Source: Zygophlyctis sp. KS116
Taxonomy: Eukaryota; Fungi; Chytridiomycota
Length of the DNA stretch: 32,000 bases
Reading direction: 5' to 3'
NCBI GenBank assembly: GCA_054661495.1
Contig: BAAFSQ010000053.1
Span: 19,978 to 51,977, forward strand
The notes under the pieces were generated by a model. The model saw only the letters and a program-made list of their open reading frames with translations. It was not told the DNA's origin and did no database searches. Made by a program: the position numbers and the translations under genes. Positions 23,469-32,000 of this stretch are shown in pieces; within the stretch, counting starts at the first letter, position 1, and each line of letters opens with the position of its first letter.

Positions 23469-23668
23469 AATTCCAATAATTCCATCAAATTCTTGGCGAA
23501 TCTATCCTTGTAAATTTGTTTTTTCGGAATATGTGCTGATTTTCCCAATATTTCCAGGCATACTAAATCATTAACACAAAAGGCACATGTTTTAAATTCT
23601 ACATTATGCTTACAAATAACAGAACTAGAACTTTTCAATCGTAATTTATTAATCTCGACAATCCACAT
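23465..23668 (-). CDS. Small hypothetical protein with a C-x-H-x6-C-x2-C motif
   Basis: 67-aa ATG ORF that almost fills the gap between QCR7 and the giant gene. Its stop overlaps the giant gene's stop (TTAA 23465-23468). Confidence 0.4.
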   Translation of the reverse strand: MWIVEINKLRLKSSSSVICKHNVEFKTCAFCVNDLVCLEILGKSAHIPKKQIYKDRFAKNLMELLEF

Positions 23669-23690
23669 TTACTGTCCCAGATGTTGTCAT

Positions 23691-24086
23691 TCATACACGA
23701 TTTCTGCTTTTAAGCTGAGAAGGAATTTCAACTAAATTATCAAAATTCTGTCTTGTAGCAATTTCCAATTCCACTTGTTCAATAATTGGTTTTAGATAAG
23801 GGACATCCATTTCAGCAGTAGTCCAATCATTCTTACCCAACTCTTCCTTTTTGATACTTGAATTGATAGCTCTTCTAAACCTGAAGAGTCTCTCATAATA
23901 TTCTTTGGGTGTGAGTCTCTTTAGAGCTTCCTGAACAATTTCACTCTCATCTGGAATCAAATCATCATATACTAGTCCCATTTGTCTATATCCCATTGCA
24001 TTCCTATACATTTCTGTAAGTTTCAAGAGTGGTTTCTGGGCTCTAAGACCTTTGAGAGTCGAGAGAAGAGAAATACTCGTCGACAT
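23691..24086 (-). CDS. QCR7: Cytochrome b-c1 complex subunit 7
   Basis: YRNAMGYRQMGLVYDDLIPDE..VQEALKRL, RLFRFRRA and DVPYLKP motifs. ATG at 24086. Confidence 0.93.
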   Translation of the reverse strand: MSTSISLLSTLKGLRAQKPLLKLTEMYRNAMGYRQMGLVYDDLIPDESEIVQEALKRLTPKEYYERLFRFRRAINSSIKKEELGKNDWTTAEMDVPYLKPIIEQVELEIATRQNFDNLVEIPSQLKSRNRV

Positions 24087-24104
24087 TTTTCTTAACGCGC
24101 GGTT

Positions 24105-24164
24105 CTGACCGCCAAAATCGTTGACTAGGGTGAACTGACCGCCAAAATCGCTGACTAGGGCAGA
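24105..24164. promoter_or_regulatory. 30-nt direct repeat (x2) in the QCR7/COG2 divergent promoter
   Basis: CTGACCGCCAAAATCG[T/C]TGACTAGGG at 24105 and 24135. Each copy has CCGCCAAAA (E2F-like) and TAGGGY (Tbf1-like). Confidence 0.6.
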
Positions 24165-24215
24165 CCAACGGCACACAATTTAACTCTTTAATCCAGTGTT
24201 TTACTCACTGCATTC

Positions 24216-26270
24216 ATGATTTCTAGAGAAAAATTCAAAGGATCAAGTTTTAATGAATTAGAGTTTTATCTGTCGGTGAAATATTTGGATCTGGAATTAA
24301 TTCAACAAGAATTGAAAACAATTCAAAAAAATGTCTTGGAACAGGTTCAAGATTATGTGAATGCAGAATATTTAAATTTTTTATCGCTCAGTAGGGATTT
24401 GGATTTTGTAGAAGAGGAATTACAGGAATATTCAAGGGAATTTTACAAATTGTTGGATAATGTCTCTGAATTTGACTCTTTATTGTTGAAAAATAGTCAA
24501 GAAGCTATTAAATTACTTCAAGAGACGCAGACACAGAGAGTCTTGCGGGAAAAATTAAAGGAAAAATCATTATTAAGTATTGGGGAAATTACAGAAATTT
24601 CTAGGGGGGATTTAGTCAAGGGAATAGTTTTGTTTTTAGAATTGGAACGGTTTTATCAGACTAGTAATTCTAATACAGATGAGGAGGATCAGAGGAAGAA
24701 AAGTTTAGGAAAAGTTGAACAAGTCTCTGTTTTAAAGAGGGAATTAACAAATTTGTTGGATTTGAAATTAAAAGAGTCTTTTCAGGGTCTAATTGGAGAT
24801 AGAGTGCAAGAAAGTCTAGAAATTTTATTCACGGGTTCAAATTTACTAGAAAATTACTCTCTAGTGGCTAATAGATTTATGGCTGATGTTTTAGAGCCTT
24901 GGATGGAGAAGAGTCTTGTTGGGTAAATTTTTAAAAAGGTTTATGTTAGATTGGATGGAGAAGATTGGGTGTTTAAAGATTTCTTGGATGGTTTTATGGA
25001 ATTTATTAAAGAAAAAGTATTGTATTTTGTAGATTTGGGAGATAAGTGCTTTAATAAACAAGATTTCTCTCTCTTGACAGATGCAGGTAATTTCTATTAA
25101 TTAAGTTGATTTAGTTTGGCCGGTTTTTGTTAATAGAATGGCTCAAATGACTACAGTAAAAAATCCAGCGCATTTAAAAGATTTTCATTGTAATTATTCT
25201 TTAGCAATGGATTTTGTTGGAGGTTTTGAAAAGCTTTACTCTGATTCTGAATCTATTACTCGTTTGAGAAGTCAATCGACGTATTCAGAATTTTTAAAAA
25301 TGTGGCAGCTCTCTGTGTATTATCAAATAAGGTAGTTTTTAAAATTTAACAAGTTTAGAACCAAAGAAATCCAATCAGTTATGGAAAGTAATCTTAAATT
25401 AGAAATAATGGAACCTAAAAATGGTATTATCCTATGAAATAATCTTTAGGTGTCTCTTGTAAAGCTTCACAGTCTTTACTAGAATGCATTGAATCCCTTT
25501 GGGCTCCTGATATTTACTTGAATGGTTTACAATCCAGAGCTTTAAAAGCAACTTTTCAAGTATAATTTTCTTTATTTACTCTAGTCTATATCAATTTTCC
25601 TAAATTATATAACAGAATCTATAAAGGAAGAGACTCGAGATACTTCTAAACCAGAAGATATATACATTACTACACTCTTGATTTTATATAGTGATTTACA
25701 ACTCTTAACTGAACCTCTTTTAAATTTTGCAAAATCTTGGCCAATCCCAGAAAATTTAAAGGATAAAGTGAATTCAGAGATGGAAAATATCTGGAAAAAG
25801 GATTATGAACCTATCCAAATTGATATTGAATCTAGAATTGTGAATTTAATCTTTTCTAAATCCAATGAAATCATTAAACAGGTTAGAAATATACCATCAC
25901 AGTTTCGTGGAACTCAAAAAGAGGTATATTTCTAAAATTCATTATAGACCCCAACTAAACCATCATTATTTCTTAATGGAATACTTATCCCTATTTCTAG
26001 TTTTAGAAAAATGCACAGCTCAAATTTAGTACCTCAAATCTCCCAAAAGATCTTGACTCAAGTCATCAACAGGTAATTATTTAAATTTTATTATTTAGAT
26101 ACGATGACACTGTCTCTGAAACTCTTAATAGCGTTTCTAATATTGAAGCTGGTCTTCGTAGATTCAAGAGAACTAAAAACCCCTCTGAAGTTTCTGATGA
26201 AGATAAAATTCGAAGACAATTAGAGATTGATTCTGAAGAATTTAAGCGTTTAGTCACAATGTTTGAATAA
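24216..26270 (+). CDS. COG2: Conserved oligomeric Golgi complex subunit 2
   Basis: [35 protein letters not shown] and [10 protein letters not shown] motifs. Introns 24923-24949, 25087-25114, 25332-25358, 25424-25449, 25560-25584, 25924-25947, 26073-26098. Confidence 0.87.
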
Positions 26271-26286
26271 AAACCCTAAAGCCCTA

Positions 26287-27927
<1,641 letters not shown>

Positions 27928-27929
27928 AA

Positions 27930-28418
27930 TTATCGAATTAAATGCTTTGCTAGAACTGGCTTTGGAACAACCTATTTTTTAAAGAGTTCCAACTTACATC
28001 ACTGAGAAATTCCAATTCAACTGATGAATCAACAGCCTTTGCTTTATTTTAGATTGTAAAGCTTACCGACATCTTTATACAATACAGTCTTTCTTGAATC
28101 TGCAGAAGTAAACTTCCATGCAGATGATGCAAATTCCTGTAGAAACAATTCAGTCGCTGCCGACATTGCCAAGACTGCATCTGAAGATATCATTGAAACT
28201 TCATCATCGGCCTTCATGATTGCCTTTATTCTAGCGGCCGGGAAGTTTATCTTTTTAGAAGGAGACTCCATCTTTCGCTTAAATGCTTCTGGGGCCATGG
28301 GACTTATTGCAGAAAATGCAGAAATTGGAGGGAGCTGTATCGGCTGCTGTTGTTCAGGCTGTTCGACAGTCTGTTGGACAGGAGGAGGAAAGTGAAACGG
28401 TTGCGATTGATTTTCCAT
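27930..28418 (-). CDS. DPB3: H2A-like histone-fold protein, Dpb3/POLE4/CHRAC15-like
   Basis: FPAARIKAIMKADDEV..ATELF..RKTVLYKDVAKAV..EFLSDVVP. Introns 28066-28042 and 27998-27972. Confidence 0.75.
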
Positions 28419-28445
28419 TAAACTACAAAACTGCGCGGCAATTTC

Positions 28446-29659
28446 CTACTCTGTCAAATGCTCTAAAATCAATCTACTCTCTTCCAACAATGCCAACATG
28501 ACATCTTTCCCTTCCTCATCAGTTGTTGAATTCAACAGACTTTCCAAAGATCCTAATTTCATTTTATAAGGCATAATTTCATGATCAGACAAACTGATTT
28601 CAAATTTCTCCAACTCTCCCAAACATTTCTTAAGAGTTAGTAATTGATTATAATGAGGCATTAATTCATCAGAGACAGGTTCCATTGAAGTTATGAGTTT
28701 TCTTACTAATCTATAACATTTATGCAATAAAAAGTGTAAGACAGCTTGTCCTTGAGGAATAGACCCATCTGAAGCCATAAATTTCCCATCAACACGAAGA
28801 TTATCAATTTTACCCAATTCTTGTTGTATAATAGACAATGAAGATGGATTCAAAGTCCATCTAAAAGTCATTTCATGTGATTCTAAATTTGCTCTAACTT
28901 GAATTAATTTCTCATAAACTCCTCTTAAAGGATTATCCATTGTTAAAACATCCTTTGATGATAATAATTCATGAATATCCTCATAACAACTCTCCAAAAG
29001 CCCAAAAACTAGAGCTTGTCCTTTTGGAATTGTATATTCTACTTGTCCTTTTAGATCAACAAAACAAAATTTCCCATCAGACTATAAATTTTAGTAGAGT
29101 AAAATACCTTTAGTTTTTCAATTTCTCTTAATTCATCTTGAAGATTATTAACTTGTAATAGAGAGTAAGAATGACTGGATTTCCTAGAAATTAGAACTTG
29201 AATTTCCTTTTTAATAGCTATTAATCTTGAATGCACTGGTTTTAATTCAAGAGAAATCAGCGACAATTCTCTTTTAATCTTTTCCAAGACTGAATTTGCT
29301 TGTTTGAGATTATAATAAATCCAAAATTCCGGACATGTAATTTCCAGACTTAAACTTGGAAATTTCTGCATTTTCTCCTTCCAAAAAACCACCGATTCCT
29401 GAGAAAATAGTCCTGATTCCCATTCAAAATTAAGAGAATTCAGAATGTCAAAAGAAGCGATTGCCAATTGCTTTAGATTTTCGTCCAATTTCCCAAACTT
29501 TTCCCAATTTTTAAAAAATAAATTGATAATTTCTTGAATTTTAGTTTCTATTTCAGAATCATTGATCCCCTTTAAGACGCTTTTGAACTTTAGTAAAATT
29601 TCTATAAACTCTTGTTCCTGCAAGTCAGCATTGACGAGTGCAAACTTGATTTCGTCCAT
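28446..29659 (-). CDS. DUF2408 family protein (yeast Cub1/YPL260W-like)
   Basis: Repeated DGKF..IP.GQA..LL.C.Y motif. A 26-nt intron 29107-29082 joins the two ORFs. Confidence 0.75.
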
Positions 29660-29737
29660 TACCGCCCACCCCGCGCCAGGGACCTTCTTCCATCTTGGCT
29701 GCCTTGGTTGCCTTGGTTCTGACCAAGGTCAGAGGTT

Positions 29738-31140
29738 ATGGAGTTGTTGGAGTCGGATATCAAGGTAAAGATTGCCGGATCTGATATAGATGGGATTGCA
29801 AGGGGCAAAGTCATTTCTAAAGAGAAATTCTGTAAAATATTAAAATCTGGAATGGGATTTTGCGACGTTGTTTTTGTAATTTAAATGCTTAATGGCAGGG
29901 ATGGGATTGTATGGATAAATTATATTCGTTTGATACAAATACGAGTTTTTCAGATATTTGTGCGATTCCGGATCCGGACACTTTTAGGAGAATTCCTTGG
30001 GAAGATGATATTCCATTTTATATTTTGGATTTTTATTCTCAAGATAAGAAATTGTTGGAATTTGCTCCAAGATCACTGTTGAAGAAAATGATTGGGAAAT
30101 TATCTGGCTTCAAGGCTCTGGCTGGAATGGAGTATGAATGGTACAATTTTAAAGAGAATTCTGAAAGTCTGGCTGAATCCAAAGGTGTTGGTTTAAAACC
30201 ATTAACTAATGGAATGTTTGGATATTCAATAACTAGGCCAAATTTGAATCAAGAATATTTTTCAGAAATTTTTGATTCTTGCTCTAAATTTAAAATTCCT
30301 ATAGAAGGTTTACATACAGAAACAGGTCCAGGTGTTTTTGAAGCTGCTTTAGAGTATACAGATATTTTAGAAATGGCAGATAGATCGCACTTGTTTAAGA
30401 CTAGTGTGAAGCAGTTGGCTCAAAAGCATGGGATTACTGCGTGTTTTATGGCAAAACCTCATTCAAATCTTCCTGGTTGTTCGGGTCATATACATTTTAG
30501 CTTGAAAAATTTGAAAACTGGTAGAAATGAATTTGATCAAACAACTGAAGGTCAATTATGTAATTCAATGAAATTGGCTGTCGCGGGTCTTTTATGTACT
30601 TTACCTTCAATGATGGCAATTTATGCTCCTACTATTAATAGTTATAAAAGACTTGTGGAAAATTATTGGGCTCCTGTGACTGTTTCTTATGGTTTTGAGA
30701 ATAGGACAGCTTCTCTTCGGATTATTTGTCCTCCTTATTGTGAACCAGAGGCTACAAGAATTGAAATAAGAGTTCCAGGTGCTGATGGTAAACTTTTTTT
30801 ATGCTAAATTTAGTAAATCCTTATCTTGCTTTAGCGGCTATACTTGGATCTGTCATTTATGGAATGGAAAATAATTTGGAATTGACGGTGCCACCCTCTT
30901 TAAAAGACAAGGTGCATGTGTCTGGAGAACGTCTTCCTAGAAATCTTAGAGAAGCTACAAACAAGATGATGGAGGCAAATAGTCTTGCTCGCAAAATTTT
31001 AGGGGATGTTTTTGTAGATCATTACTGTGCAACTAGATATCACGAGTGCAAGGAATGGGATCAAGCTATCACGAATTGGGAAGTAATTTTAATGCATTTT
31101 CTTACATGTTTAGTTGATGCGATATATGGAAACTATTTAA
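29738..31140 (+). CDS. Glutamine synthetase type I-like (gamma-glutamyl ligase) protein
   Basis: DIDGIARGK, GMEYEW, HTETGPGVFE, FMAKP..PGCSGHIHFSL, APTINSYKRL, ENRT and RIEIRVPGAD motifs. Introns 29876-29898 (23 nt), 30788-30813, 31083-31113. Confidence 0.92.
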
Positions 31141-31894
31141 TTTACTTGAATAGTATCCAAAATTTTCATAATGCTTTTTAATCCTAATAGTACGCCACGG
31201 CGTTCCTCTACGTACTCTTTTTCGTTTTCATTTTGAAGAACCGTACTATGTGCAAAATCTATCAAATTAACAACTGGTAGTTTTCCCCCCAACTTTGAGC
31301 CTTCATATATGATCAGTAAAGACGCACCAATCAGTACAATGTTAGCTTCTGTATATGCCGCTTCTAATTTCTTTACTGTAGTCTTTATCCATGACATATC
31401 TTCCCCTGTTGAAAATTTGAAGAATGAGATTAATCCATCCGAAACATTGTCATCGCGAAGGGATTTTCCATATAGTCCATCAAAAGTCTCATATTCTCCA
31501 GTGTTTGCCTTAAAGATCTAAAAATGTTATGATCCGTAGATACCTTCATTCCACATATTCTGAATCCTAAAGATCCAGACGTTGTAGTCGCAGCTACTTT
31601 TTCCATTCGATCCTTCTTCTCCGGAGACGCAAACCCATCATAGAGAATTGTCCCCAATTTGATATCAATAACGTTTGGGGCTTTAAAATCATATGTGAGA
31701 TTGCCCATTACTACTGAATTATTTCTGATTTCGTATAGATGAGGAATAAATGGCTTCAAAGATAAATCAAGCCGTTGGACATTTAAATAGAACTCAATTT
31801 CAAAATGATTACAAACTTTGATCAGCCTAGTTTTATCACCAGGGTAAAAACTTAATTGATCCTTATGTCCGGCAACTTGATGATCAAAATACAT
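31137..31894 (-). CDS. ARG82: Inositol polyphosphate multikinase (IPK family)
   Basis: HQVAGH, PNVIDIKLG (PxxxDxKxG), GFRICGM, SLLIIYEG and IDFAH motifs. Intron 31543-31518 (26 nt). Confidence 0.85.
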
Positions 31895-31915
31895 TCACCG
31901 GCCCTAAATGGTCTC

Positions 31916-32000
31916 TCAAGCATTCATCGGCCCAATTATTCCCCAATCACTCGTCTTACCGTCTACTCCAATACCTTGAATGCGATATCGATAGCTTCTT
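31916..32000 (-). CDS. Probable 3' end of an upstream gene (fibronectin-III-like C-terminus), partial
   Basis: Open frame RSYRYRIQGIGVDGKTSDWGIIGPMNA* resembles FN3 terminal strands (Y.Y.V.A...G..S.W). Confidence 0.4.
   Translation of the reverse strand, partial: RSYRYRIQGIGVDGKTSDWGIIGPMNA

Noticed and set aside
24087-24176. N-terminal extension of QCR7 (GTG start at 24176)
   Set aside because: It is just a translation of the 30-bp promoter repeat; ATG 24086 fits Qcr7.
26263-26286. TTG start for VMA2 or a COG2-VMA2 fusion
   Set aside because: COG2 ends with TAA in a different frame; ATG 26287 gives a normal N-terminus.

Overview
Eukaryotic, AT-rich, extremely gene-dense DNA. Gene content (fungal-type housekeeping genes plus a giant ASH/Hydin-type Ig-repeat protein) suggests a zoosporic, chytrid-like fungus; this is inference, not a database result. 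About 20 protein genes can be assembled by hand once ~40 tiny spliceosomal introns (23-34 nt) are removed: CCR4/Ngl-type EEP nuclease (3' end), Cox23-like twin-Cx9C protein, TCP11/Sok1, cyclin C, Snu66/SART1, Bcp1, Sen1, a secreted Cys-rich protein, a ~3250-aa HEAT+ASH protein, Qcr7, Cog2, Vma2, Dpb3/POLE4, DUF2408, a GSI-like ligase and IPMK. Main observations: (1) near-uniform ~26-nt introns; (2) one ~337-nt exception in SEN1 that holds a 22-nt tandem array of intron-like units and has complementary ends that could fold it back to ~24 nt; (3) convergent genes whose stop codons overlap or lie 2-5 bp apart; (4) co-directional genes 16-27 bp apart and a divergent pair 22 bp apart; (5) a recurrent RCCCTA (telo-box/Tbf1-like) motif in these micro-spacers; (6) a Snu66 apparently lacking its Hub1-binding HIND. 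All splice models were read manually and need RNA-seq confirmation.
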